Counted from the first letter of the stretch, positions 20,268 to 29,429 are shown. The stretch: 64,000 nucleotides of DNA from Candidatus Danuiimicrobium aquiferis (GCA_001804285.1 MHFR01000063.1:38901-102900); one strand, 5' to 3'. Notes: generated by a model from the letters alone, not told the origin. Program-made: numbers and translations.

Positions 20268-20433
20268 TAGGGGTTCTATGGGAATGGAATTTGAGGTAAT
20301 AAATACTGGAAAATTTAGAATATGTCATGTATATTTATTCTTATATAAGTTGGCCTATATTGTTTTTGGGGATGGGGCCAGCGATAGTCCATGATTCAAG
20401 TAACTCATATGTAATATTTTCTGGAGGAGTGCT

Positions 20434-21222
20434 ATGAAGCGGATGTCTAAGATAATGTTATCAACAAGCTTTCAAACCGTATTGATGGTATGCTTTTTAT
20501 CAGTATTTTCTTTGGGCGCTTTATGGGCGGGCAAAAAAACAAACCCGTCTAAAGAAGAAGGCGCGAAAAAGTATAGAGTAACAGAAGCAACTGCTCAGCC
20601 CAAACAGGCCTCCGTTAAACCTAATAACATTCCAGAAAAATCAGCCCAAACACCTTCTCAAGAAGCGAGTAAAGCCAAGCAGACGGTTGTTGTCGGGGCG
20701 CAAAAAACAACGCAAGAGATTACGAACAAGACTGGTATTCCTTCCATCCCAAATCTTCCTCCCATAGTCCATCAGGTTGCATTAAAAAAAATGACACCCA
20801 TGAGCGTTCCTAAAGTTGTACAACCAGTTACGGCTTCCGACCAAAAAATTTTACCTAAAGTGGTTACGCCCCAAAAAGTCATGCCACCGGTTGATATTAT
20901 TCGAGTTCAAAATGAGTTGAAAAATATTATTGAGCGAACCAAAGTTCTTCAAGAACAGGTTCAGAATGACCGTGCAAAGGTCAAAGATGTATTAGACCGC
21001 GCCCAAATTCATCATAAAATTCTGGGTGATCTTTCAAAAGAGCCTCTTATTCCTTCCGGCGAAAAGATAGAAGATGCGGGCATCGATCGGGCGCTCAAAG
21101 AGGAGAAATTGAAGATTTTGGCTGCGCAAGTGGAAGAAAGCGAAAATGAACTCAGGAATATCGAATCAACGAATAGCGCGGTTCTAAACGCAAGTTCAAA
21201 GAAATCCAAGAAGCCTGAATAA
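20434..21222 (+). CDS. hypothetical secreted protein, Pro-rich linker plus coiled-coil
   Basis: A signal peptide/TM (LMVCFLSVFSLGALWA) is followed by a P/Q/K-rich low-complexity region and a C-terminal coiled-coil. Confidence 0.5.
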   Translation: MKRMSKIMLSTSFQTVLMVCFLSVFSLGALWAGKKTNPSKEEGAKKYRVTEATAQPKQASVKPNNIPEKSAQTPSQEASKAKQTVVVGAQKTTQEITNKTGIPSIPNLPPIVHQVALKKMTPMSVPKVVQPVTASDQKILPKVVTPQKVMPPVDIIRVQNELKNIIERTKVLQEQVQNDRAKVKDVLDRAQIHHKILGDLSKEPLIPSGEKIEDAGIDRALKEEKLKILAAQVEESENELRNIESTNSAVLNASSKKSKKPE

Positions 21223-21304
21223 GAAGTTCAAGGGCTATGGGATATCGATTCATTCTGTTGGAAACTATGATTTTTCCGCATAACTATTAACGTAAAATAC
21301 TCTC

Positions 21305-23137
21305 TTGAACCATCAAAGTTTGGTCGACTTATTCCTGAAGCAAGAAGTGCGACATCAAAAGAATCCTTTTCTCCGCCATAAAAAAGACAGTTCTTACCAA
21401 GATATTTCATGGAGTGATACGAAGAAAATAATTTACCGGCTTGCGCTTTTCCTGAAAAGGCTTGGGGTGGAGAAAAATGATAAAATAGCCATCATTTCTG
21501 GTAACCGGCCCGAATGGATTTATTCAGATTTGGCAGCGCTTTCGGTTGGTGCAGTGGTGGTTCCGCTTTATCCGACGTCCGCCACAAAGGAGATATCACA
21601 TATTCTGGAACATTCGGGAGCCGTCGTTCTTTTCGCAGAGTTAATGAAAGATGTGGAAAGGATTAAATCAGATTTTTGCGGGTTTGAATCCTTTAAAAAA
21701 GTCGTTTGCTTTGAACCCGTGCGGACATCTAATCCTCGCCTCGTTTTTTTTCCGGAATTGATGCGAGGGGCTGAAATGACTCCTGAAGAAAAAAATGAAA
21801 TCGAGGAATCAATTAAGGCTATTCAGCCGGATGACATTGCCAGCATTATTTACACGTCAGGAACGACGGGTGTTTCAAAGGGAGTGATGCTCTCGCACCG
21901 GAATTTTTTGACCAATTGCTATGACGCTCAAGCAGCCCTTCCGCTTGATGAAAATGATGTTTCTCTGTCCTTTCTTCCGTTTAGTCATGTTTTTGAACGG
22001 ATGGCCGGTTATTATTTAGCAATCCTTTGTGGCTTCGTGACGGCTTTTGCGGAGAATCTTGAAACGGTTCAGCATAATTTATTAGAAGTGAAGCCGACGA
22101 TTGCCCGTGCGGTTCCTCGCTTTTTTGAAAAAATTTATATCAATATCAACACTAAAATTAAGCAAAGGCATCCGCTTTTGCAGTCCATTTTCCGATGGGC
22201 GCTTGATGTCGGGAGAAAAGCGTATGATTACCGGCTGACGAAAAAGCCGCTTCCGTTTTTTTTGAATTTGCAAAGTTATTTAGTCGATCGATTGTTTTTT
22301 TCGAAGATTCACAAAGCGTTAGGTGGTCGTATGCGCTTTATGATATCGGGAGGAGCGCCGCTTGCCAAGGGGTTGGCTGAATTTTTCTATTCTGTCGGAG
22401 TGTTGGTGTTGGAAGGCTATGGTTTAACAGAGACATCGCCGGTGATTTCCGTCAATAGGCCGAAAGCTTTTAAGTTTGGTTCGGTCGGGAAACCCGTTGA
22501 TCATGTCGCTGTTAAGATTGCGGGAGACGGTGAAGTGCTTGTGCGTGGCGAGTCTGTGATGCGGGGTTATTTCCGGGATGATAAAGCGACAAAAGACACG
22601 ATTCGGGACGGTTGGCTATATACGGGAGATCTTGGGATGCTTGATGCCGACGGTTTTTTGTATATTACCGGGCGGAAGAAAGATATTATTGTTACATCCG
22701 GCGGAAAAAATATTTCGCCGCAAAAAATTGAAAATATAGTTCTGGAAAAATCCGGTATTGCGCAAATTGTACTGATCGGGGATAAAAGGAAATATTTAAC
22801 AGCGCTGATCGTTCCGAGTTTTCCGGAAATGAAGCGGGAATTGTTGTGTGAAGGGATTCCTCCCGATGCCGCTCCGAAAACTTTGATCCAAGATATCAGA
22901 ATCCATCAGTTCATCAGGAAACGCCTTGATGATTGTACGCGAGAACTTGGCTCACATGAAAAAATAAAGTATTTTACGCTGCTTGCCCGTGAACTTGCTT
23001 TGGAGCAGGGAGAGATGACTCCTACATTCAAGATTAAACGGCAAGTTGTCGGTGAGCGGTATAGAGAAACTATCGATCGGATGTATGGAGAGGAATTGGA
23101 TGATGAAAGAAGAGACAGGATATTTTTCATCCTTTGA
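21305..23137 (+). CDS. long-chain-fatty-acid--CoA ligase (AMP-dependent synthetase)
   Basis: AMP-binding motif I is present (IIYTSGTTGVSKGVMLSH), as are GYGLTETSP and the C-terminal FKIKRQ. The start is a TTG codon. Confidence 0.85.
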   Translation: MNHQSLVDLFLKQEVRHQKNPFLRHKKDSSYQDISWSDTKKIIYRLALFLKRLGVEKNDKIAIISGNRPEWIYSDLAALSVGAVVVPLYPTSATKEISHILEHSGAVVLFAELMKDVERIKSDFCGFESFKKVVCFEPVRTSNPRLVFFPELMRGAEMTPEEKNEIEESIKAIQPDDIASIIYTSGTTGVSKGVMLSHRNFLTNCYDAQAALPLDENDVSLSFLPFSHVFERMAGYYLAILCGFVTAFAENLETVQHNLLEVKPTIARAVPRFFEKIYININTKIKQRHPLLQSIFRWALDVGRKAYDYRLTKKPLPFFLNLQSYLVDRLFFSKIHKALGGRMRFMISGGAPLAKGLAEFFYSVGVLVLEGYGLTETSPVISVNRPKAFKFGSVGKPVDHVAVKIAGDGEVLVRGESVMRGYFRDDKATKDTIRDGWLYTGDLGMLDADGFLYITGRKKDIIVTSGGKNISPQKIENIVLEKSGIAQIVLIGDKRKYLTALIVPSFPEMKRELLCEGIPPDAAPKTLIQDIRIHQFIRKRLDDCTRELGSHEKIKYFTLLARELALEQGEMTPTFKIKRQVVGERYRETIDRMYGEELDDERRDRIFFIL

Positions 23138-23933
23138 TGATACGAAGATCTTTTTCCGGGCTTGGGTGAAAGAGGTTCCCCATGCGCTCATTATGGTGCA
23201 CGGTTACGGAGAGCATTCTGGCCGGTATGCGGAGTTGGTCGAGGATTTGAAAGATCTTCCGCTTTCTTTTTTCATTGCGGATTTACGAGGACATGGAAAA
23301 TCCAGCGGAGACCGTGTGTTTGTTGATCGTTTCGACGAATTTATCGTGGATCTTTATGTGTTCCGGTCATTCATCGAGACGAAATTAAGTGGTCAAGCGA
23401 AGAAGTTTATTTTATTCGGGCATAGTTTGGGCGGTTTAATTACCACTCATGCAGTTTTAAAACATCAAGAGCAATGGGAATCTCTCATTTTATCCTCACC
23501 GTATTTTGGTCTTCCTGTTTGTAACTGGTGTATGCGGCAGTTGACAAAGGTACTAAAAGTATTTGGCTCCAAAGTGATTTGGAGTAATCCTGTCGATCCT
23601 TTTTTTATGAGTCATGACCCGGAACGGGTGAAGCGGTATAAGACAGATCCCCATATTCAGCGTAAAATTACGATTAATCTGGCGGGGGAAATGATGAAAG
23701 CGGCGAAGCTGGCATTAAGAAAAGCCGGAAAAATTCAAAAACCGGTGTTTATTTTGGCTGCCGGAGACGATCGGATTGTTTCCCTTAGTAATACCCGGGA
23801 ATTTTATCATCGTCTCCGTTCTGCAGATAAAAAAATAGAGATTCTCAATGGCTTTTATCATGAGTTGTTTCAGGAGCGGAACCGCGAGAAACCGGTCGGT
23901 ATTTTAAAGGGATATTTAAATTCTCAAATCTAA
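23100..23933 (+). CDS. alpha/beta hydrolase (lysophospholipase/monoacylglycerol lipase-like)
   Basis: HGYGEHSGRY and the nucleophile elbow GHSLGG are present. The ORF track start 23046 overlaps the previous gene; the start at MMKEE (23100) is more plausible. Confidence 0.8.
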   Translation: MMKEETGYFSSFDDTKIFFRAWVKEVPHALIMVHGYGEHSGRYAELVEDLKDLPLSFFIADLRGHGKSSGDRVFVDRFDEFIVDLYVFRSFIETKLSGQAKKFILFGHSLGGLITTHAVLKHQEQWESLILSSPYFGLPVCNWCMRQLTKVLKVFGSKVIWSNPVDPFFMSHDPERVKRYKTDPHIQRKITINLAGEMMKAAKLALRKAGKIQKPVFILAAGDDRIVSLSNTREFYHRLRSADKKIEILNGFYHELFQERNREKPVGILKGYLNSQI

Positions 23934-24002
23934 TGTTTGAAATTTAGCCCATCTATCAGTACAATCTAAAATTCGAAATTGCTGTATGAGTGATTTTGTG
24001 TC

Positions 24003-24262
24003 TATTTAGGATTTTGAATTGGCAAACACGCCAGTTCGTGTCATGCCCGCATGTTTACCCTCGGTAAGGCGAGGGCCGGCCCTGTATTTCCAGGGAAGCG
24101 GGCATCTGCGCATGTCCGCCACAAAGCGTTGGCGGATCCGCCTCTGGCGGAGATTCCCGCTTTTCCGCCACTAAAGCGTTGGTGGATCCGACCACGTTGT
24201 TTGTCTCCACACAACGTCGGCGACCCGCCAACGATTTGTGGCGGGGCGGACGCGGGAATGAC
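24003..24262. repeat. expanded copy of the palindromic repeat family with a CCGCCA/TGGCGG hairpin cluster
   Basis: A left TIR-like TATTTAGGATTTTGAATTGG is followed by GTCATGCCCGC carrying an inserted hairpin (CCCTCGgtaaggCGAGGG) and GCGGGCATC. Six consecutive CCGCCA..TGGCGG-type hairpins follow, and the element ends with GCGGGAATGACAAAAAAGCG. The 5 ORFs in the ORF track here (24041..24639 on both strands) are repeat-derived. Confidence 0.6.
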
Positions 24263-24269
24263 AAAAAAG

Positions 24270-24581
24270 CGAAAAGTTTTGACATGCATTATATTTTTTG
24301 TGGGCCTGCCCCGCCAATGGCGGGACTGCGGGCAGTAGTTGTTGTGCCAAGTATATTCCGTGGCCGGATAGGCGTAGGATTTGTCATATAGCGTTTCGTG
24401 GGCCTGCCCCACAGGGGCTGCTGGAAATATTTGGGTTTCCAAATAAACGGCATTGGCCGTATTGCAAGAGAATTTGAAAATACAACATTTCGTGGGCCTG
24501 CCCTAAAGGACTGCTGGAAACAGTTGTTGAGCAGTTTTTGGTTTGTGGCAGGAAAAGTTTGACATGCAGTACATCTTTTGT
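24270..24581 (+). repeat. degenerate array of tRNA-Ala leader/5'-end copies
   Basis: TTTGACATGCAttaTATTTTTTGTGGGCCTGCC (24277-24313) duplicates the true tRNA upstream region TTTGACATGCAgtaCATCTTTTGTGGGCCTG (24558-24588). Further copies of cGTGGGCCTGCCC lie at ~24398 and ~24490. Copies 2 and 3 share ..aGGgGCTGCTGGAAA. Confidence 0.55.
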
Positions 24582-24657
24582 GGGCCTGTAGCTCAGTTGG
24601 GAGAGCGCTACATTCGCATTGTAGAGGCCAGGGGTTCAACTCCCCTCAGGTCCACCA
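24582..24657 (+). tRNA. tRNA-Ala (anticodon CGC)
   Basis: The cloverleaf was folded by hand. The acceptor stem is GGGCCTG/CAGGTCC with a G3:U70 alanine identity pair. The D-arm is GCTC-AGTTGGGA-GAGC and the anticodon stem CTACA/TGTAG has loop TTCGCAT (anticodon CGC). The T-arm is AGGGG-TTCAACT-CCCCT and CCA is encoded. Confidence 0.9.
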
Positions 24658-24958
24658 TTTTAAATCCTTTCCCTATAAATACTTCTGAAAAGTCACCCTT
24701 CCTTTAATAAGTATTAAGAAAGGGGGGTGTCAGCAAAACTGTCAGCACTTTTAAGTGTTATTTGAGTGATATAGCGCGCATTATAGAGCAAGACTGGCAG
24801 GATTCTATAGGGCGTCTATATCTTCAATGGTACCGTAATACAATTGTTTTCAATAAATTGCTGTTTAGTGAGTTCGGGCTGAACTCCACTCTTTGACGCT
24901 CAAGACTTTGTAGGAATTTGACGTAAAGATTATCAGAGAATGGAAAAAATAATTTGGG

Positions 24959-25042
24959 TCCGGGCGAATAGTTCCCGGAGGTGCTTTTTTGATGGTCGGG
25001 CCGCCATCTGAACTTGGTTCAGGTGGCGGCCCTTTTCTTTTT
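24959..25042 (+). terminator. tandem intrinsic terminators / conserved leader element copy 1
   Basis: Hairpin TCCGGGcgaatagttCCCGGA followed by T6 is succeeded by hairpin GGGCCGCCATCTGAAC-ttgg-GTTCAGGTGGCGGCCC and TTTTCTTTTT. The segment contains the conserved 21-mer TGATGGTCGGGCCGCCATCTG, which is also found at 26320. Confidence 0.6.
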
Positions 25043-25201
25043 ACGCTTGAGTCTCAAAAAAGGATATTTTATGGATTTAAAAAAGGATTGGCCTGTCATT
25101 TTGGCGGTAGGTGGTTTTATTTCTATGGTTGTTTATGCAATCATTTCATCAAGGCGCCAAGAAAAAGAAAATCGAGAAAAATCAAAGAAGTGAGCCATTC
25201 A

Positions 25202-26164
25202 ATGAAAATTAAGAAAAGAATATTTCATCTTTTTTTAGTAGGCAGTCTTGTTTTTGTTACGTCCTGTGCGTCACAAAAAATGGGACATTCTTTGGAAACA
25301 GTTTCTTTCTCGGAAACCGATCTCATCGCCGATCTTATATTCCAGAATGAATGCAGCAGTAAAGCATCGCGCCTCCTTTTTTGGAATGAAGGCGAAAATT
25401 TCCCGTCACTGGGAATTGGGCATTTTATCTGGTATCCGGTTGGCTATGAGGGCCCATTTCACGAAAGCTTTCCAGCTTTTTTATCATTTTTTGAGAGGAA
25501 TGGACACGTTCTGCCCAAATGGTTTAAAGACTTGCCGGGAAGACATGCGCCTTGGCAGACCAGAAAACAATTTCTGGAAGATTTGGACAATGGCGAGTTA
25601 GAGTTTTTGCGTCAATTTCTAATCGAGACAAAAGCATTACAAGCCGAGTTCATTATTCATCGCTTTAGATTATCAATTTCTAAAATTGTGGAAGCTGCTT
25701 CTCCTGATTCCCGGCACGATATAAAACAGAAGCTTTCCTTTATGCTGCATGCAAAAGACGGGTTATATCCGCTGATTGATTATGTTAATTTTAACGGGGA
25801 AGGGATTTTTCAAACCGAACGATATAAAGGCCAAGGGTGGGGATTGTTGCAAGTTCTCGAAGCAATGAAAATGCCGCTCGATGAAAACCATGCGGTTTTA
25901 GAGTTTGTGAATGCAATAAATATCATATTGGAACGGCGGGTAGACAATTCGCCACCTGAACGTAATGAAATTCGCTGGCTTCCGGGCTGGAAAAATAGAA
26001 TTGCTACATATCTTACGGGCGAAAGTAATACCACGTTTCAAATGAATTATCAGTTAAGGCAAGTGCTTTTAGCTGCCATTTCGGAAAATGTACAAATACC
26101 GATCAATCAAACGGATTTTGTAGATGTAACTCCAACAATACCTGTTTCGGGTGTCATTAATTAA
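25202..26164 (+). CDS. hypothetical lipoprotein
   Basis: The start MKIKKRIFHLFLVGSLVFVTSC has a lipobox-like VTSC. The ORF track start 24989 runs across terminator hairpins and is not credible. Confidence 0.5.
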   Translation: MKIKKRIFHLFLVGSLVFVTSCASQKMGHSLETVSFSETDLIADLIFQNECSSKASRLLFWNEGENFPSLGIGHFIWYPVGYEGPFHESFPAFLSFFERNGHVLPKWFKDLPGRHAPWQTRKQFLEDLDNGELEFLRQFLIETKALQAEFIIHRFRLSISKIVEAASPDSRHDIKQKLSFMLHAKDGLYPLIDYVNFNGEGIFQTERYKGQGWGLLQVLEAMKMPLDENHAVLEFVNAINIILERRVDNSPPERNEIRWLPGWKNRIATYLTGESNTTFQMNYQLRQVLLAAISENVQIPINQTDFVDVTPTIPVSGVIN

Positions 26165-26329
26165 CTCTCGCGAAATATTGAAGAGCAGGGCCACCCTTTT
26201 TGCTTAATTAATTTGCTTGTTCTTTCTGGTAAGGAGTTATAAACTAATAAACTGAAGTATGAATTTGAATGTTTAAGTGGTTCGCCAAAATATTTTATGT
26301 TTTGGCGGAGGTGTTTTGCTGATGGTCGG

Positions 26330-26371
26330 GCCGCCATCTGGGGTGAAATCCGGATGGTGGCTATTTTTTTT
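26330..26371 (+). terminator. intrinsic terminator-like hairpin with T8 / conserved leader element copy 2, immediately upstream of the otsA RBS
   Basis: GCCGCCATCTGG-ggtgaaat-CCGGATGGTGGC is followed by TTTTTTTT. It is preceded by GGAGGTGtTTTgcTGATGGTCGGGCCGCCATCTG, which is shared with 24975-25010. The otsA RBS GGAGGA starts 2 nt after the T-run. Confidence 0.55.
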
Positions 26372-26385
26372 GGAGGACGACTAAA

Positions 26386-28602
26386 ATGAAAATAACGATT
26401 CGACTTATTATTTCCCTTCTGATCGGTGCAGCACTCGTTGTATTAGTGTTTTCGTACGTTCAAGCGCGAGGCGAACAAAAACGGCTGGATGAGGAGCTCA
26501 GTTTGAGGGCAGCGGTTCTTGCAAAAAGTTTTAAGGAGGCGATTGAGCCCTTTATAGAACAAACTGAACAACCTAATCGTATTAAGAAGTTTATTGAGAA
26601 ATTCCAAGGCCACAAAAGACTAATAGGTATTATTGTTGATTTAAAAGATATTGGCAGAATTACTCTTCCCGCGGAACTTGGTAAGAGTGACATTTTTCAA
26701 AAAGAACTCGTGGAATCCTTTGAACAGGGCATGACCGTTGATATCAACAGTAAGTGGGATGAACGAAATGTTAATTTTTTTACGGTTCCTTTGGTTAAAG
26801 GGGAGGTATATATTGGGGCTTTGGGTTTGATTCATGATCGTTCTTACATCGTTAATTACATTCGTAGTTTCTGGAAGAATTCGGCTATTAACTTTTCAAT
26901 TCTTGCGACAATCCTTTCTATTATTACTCTTATCATTATCCGTTGGAATGTGACCGATCCCATTGCGCGAATTTCGGAAGTCGTGAGAAAAGCGACGCAA
27001 AGTGATACTCAGCCGACCGATACTTCCCAAGAAAAAGGGGATATGGAAAAACTTGTTCATGCGGTCAGCCATATGGCTGCAAATCTTAAAGCGACACGGC
27101 TGGATTTAGCTGCTCAATCTCGAATGGCAAATCTTCAGGGCACGATTTGGACGAAGGAGCGGTTAAAAGATTTTTTAAGGACAAAATTGGAGGGCCAGTC
27201 GCTTTTTGTGATTGCTAATCGCGAACCTTATATTCACCGAAAGAAAGGGAACACCATCGAGTGCATTACGCCGGCGAGCGGCGTTGTGACGGCATTAGAC
27301 CCAGTATTACAAGCTACGGGAGGAATATGGGTTGCGCATGGTAGCGGGGATGCTGACCGTGAAGTGGTTGATAAGCATAACCAGATTCCTGTGCCGCCGT
27401 GGAAGTCGACCTATTCATTAAAAAGAGTATGGTTAACCGAAGAAGAGGAAAAAGGTTATTACTACGGTTTTTCTAACGAAGGATTATGGCCGCTTTGTCA
27501 TATTAGCCACGTAAGGCCTGTTTTCCGGGCAGATGATTGGAAGCAGTATCAAGAAGTTAATCGTAAATTTGCACAATCGTTGATTGAAGAATTGGGTGAC
27601 AAGCCGCCGCTTATCTTGATTCAGGATTATCATTTTGCGCTTCTTCCAAAGTTCATCAAAGAAGAACGGCCTGATGCGAAAATAGCGCTTTTTTGGCATA
27701 TTCCATGGCCGAACCCCGAAGCGTTCGGGATTTGTCCGTGGCAGGAAGAAATTTTGGAGGGAATGCTCGGAAGTGACGTGATCGGTTTTCATACGCAGTA
27801 TCATTGTAATAATTTTCTGGATACGGTAGACCGCGTTTTGGAGTCCAGAATTGATTGGACCAACTTTGCGGTGGTTCGAAGCGGAAAAACAAGCCATGTC
27901 CGGCCATTTCCGATCAGCATTTCGATCTCGAACGGGAAAGAAGCCGAAGCGATTCAAAAAAGTATTGCGGAATTAAAAAAGACATACGGACTGGAAGGCA
28001 AAAAGATCGGTGTTGGCGTAGATCGTATTGATTATACGAAAGGTTTGCTGGAGCGGTTCCGGGCCATAGAGCGTTTGCTTGAACGGTTTCCGCATTATCA
28101 GAAAAAAGTTGTTTTTGTAGAGTTGGCCGCGCCGTCGAGAACGCTTATTCCGGCCTATCAGAATCATCTGATAGAGGTTGAAACGCTCGTCGCAAAAATT
28201 AATGAGAAATATCAGAATGGAAATTACCGGCCGATCCTTTTTCTAAAAGAGCACCATATTCACGAAACCATACAGAGTTTTTATAAAATGGCTGATTTTT
28301 GTCTTGTAAGTTCGCTTCATGACGGGATGAATCTCGTGGCGAAGGAGTTCGTAGCAGCCAGAGAAGACGAAAGCGGTGTTTTGGTCTTGAGCCGTTTTAC
28401 GGGAGTGAGTCATGAGTTTCAAAGTGCGCTCCTCATTAATCCATACGATATTGAAGGTTCTGCGGAAGCGATACATCAAGCTCTGACGATGATTCCCGAA
28501 GAAAAAGAAGAACGGATGAAGAAAATGAGAGCGATTGTTCGCGAATATAACGTTTATCGCTGGGCAGCGGAACAGATTACGGAATTGGTTAAATCGTTTT
28601 GA
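26386..28602 (+). CDS. otsA: alpha,alpha-trehalose-phosphate synthase (GT20) with an N-terminal two-TM sensor-like extension
   Basis: The C-terminal ~480 aa carry the OtsA/GT20 signatures (YYYGFSNEGLWPLCH, LIQDYHFALLP, HIPWP, VSSLHDGMNLVAKEF). The N-terminal ~250 aa comprise a TM (LIISLLIGAALVVLVF), a ~150-aa loop, a second TM (ILATILSIITLIII) and a HAMP-like linker. Confidence 0.85.
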   Translation: MKITIRLIISLLIGAALVVLVFSYVQARGEQKRLDEELSLRAAVLAKSFKEAIEPFIEQTEQPNRIKKFIEKFQGHKRLIGIIVDLKDIGRITLPAELGKSDIFQKELVESFEQGMTVDINSKWDERNVNFFTVPLVKGEVYIGALGLIHDRSYIVNYIRSFWKNSAINFSILATILSIITLIIIRWNVTDPIARISEVVRKATQSDTQPTDTSQEKGDMEKLVHAVSHMAANLKATRLDLAAQSRMANLQGTIWTKERLKDFLRTKLEGQSLFVIANREPYIHRKKGNTIECITPASGVVTALDPVLQATGGIWVAHGSGDADREVVDKHNQIPVPPWKSTYSLKRVWLTEEEEKGYYYGFSNEGLWPLCHISHVRPVFRADDWKQYQEVNRKFAQSLIEELGDKPPLILIQDYHFALLPKFIKEERPDAKIALFWHIPWPNPEAFGICPWQEEILEGMLGSDVIGFHTQYHCNNFLDTVDRVLESRIDWTNFAVVRSGKTSHVRPFPISISISNGKEAEAIQKSIAELKKTYGLEGKKIGVGVDRIDYTKGLLERFRAIERLLERFPHYQKKVVFVELAAPSRTLIPAYQNHLIEVETLVAKINEKYQNGNYRPILFLKEHHIHETIQSFYKMADFCLVSSLHDGMNLVAKEFVAAREDESGVLVLSRFTGVSHEFQSALLINPYDIEGSAEAIHQALTMIPEEKEERMKKMRAIVREYNVYRWAAEQITELVKSF

Positions 28603-28613
28603 GGAGGGCCGGC

Positions 28614-29429
28614 ATGAAATGTTTTGGAGAAAATGAAATAAATATATTAGCGCAAGCATACCGACTGTGCCTTTTTTTGGATTATGATGGCACGTTGACG
28701 CCAATCGTGCGACATCCCTCGCTCGCAAGGCTATCTTCCTCCCGAAAAAAGGTTCTCAGGGAATTAAGCCGATTGCCCAACGTGAAAGTTTGCATTGTTA
28801 GCGGGCGAATATTGAGCGCATTAAAAAGAATGGTTGGCGTTTCTAAATTTGTCTATGTTGGAAATCACGGTTTTGAAGGCGAGGGACCGGGAATCCGTTA
28901 TCATCATTTTACGGATCGAAAAAGACGAGCTTTGCTTGCGATTATTCATCAGAAACTCAAACAGCAGCTTGGCAGCATACCGGGAGTGTTTATCGAAAAC
29001 AAAACGTTGACGGTAAGTGTCCATTACCGTCGTGTTTCGAAGAAAGATTTGGCGAAAGTGAAGTTGAATTTTTTGCGGATTACAATGCCTTACATTCATA
29101 AATCTAAAATACATTTAGTTGAGGGAAAGAAAGTCATGGAGGTTCGGCCAGACGCTCAATGGAATAAGGGAACGGCTGTGATGTGGGTTTTAGATCGATT
29201 GGCATCAAAGAGCCGAAAGGGAATTTTTCCCGTATATGTCGGGGACGATCGGACCGATGAGGATGCGTTTATCTCGCTTAAACGGCGAGGAATGACGGTT
29301 AAAGTTACTATGTTGCCTCGCGAATATTCGGAAGCGCAGTATTTTTTGCATTCTCCCGCAAAGGTTTTTGTTTTTTTAAAAAAGATAATAGCGATAAGGA
29401 AATTAATGGCGGAAGGATATCACCCATGA
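28614..29429 (+). CDS. otsB: trehalose-6-phosphate phosphatase (HAD family)
   Basis: HAD motif I is LFLDYDGTLTP and the C-terminal motif is GDDRTDEDAF. The RBS GGAGGG overlaps the otsA stop, suggesting translational coupling. Confidence 0.85.
   Translation: MKCFGENEINILAQAYRLCLFLDYDGTLTPIVRHPSLARLSSSRKKVLRELSRLPNVKVCIVSGRILSALKRMVGVSKFVYVGNHGFEGEGPGIRYHHFTDRKRRALLAIIHQKLKQQLGSIPGVFIENKTLTVSVHYRRVSKKDLAKVKLNFLRITMPYIHKSKIHLVEGKKVMEVRPDAQWNKGTAVMWVLDRLASKSRKGIFPVYVGDDRTDEDAFISLKRRGMTVKVTMLPREYSEAQYFLHSPAKVFVFLKKIIAIRKLMAEGYHP

Noticed and set aside
24041-24639. Five overlapping ORFs in the supplied track on both strands (24041..24442-, 24051..24338+, 24055..24285-, 24179..24391+, 24289..24639-)
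   Set aside because: They lie entirely within the palindromic repeat cluster, the tRNA-leader repeat array and the tRNA-Ala gene. Their low-complexity translations (PPLAE.., RRRCVET..) are what hairpin DNA produces in any frame.
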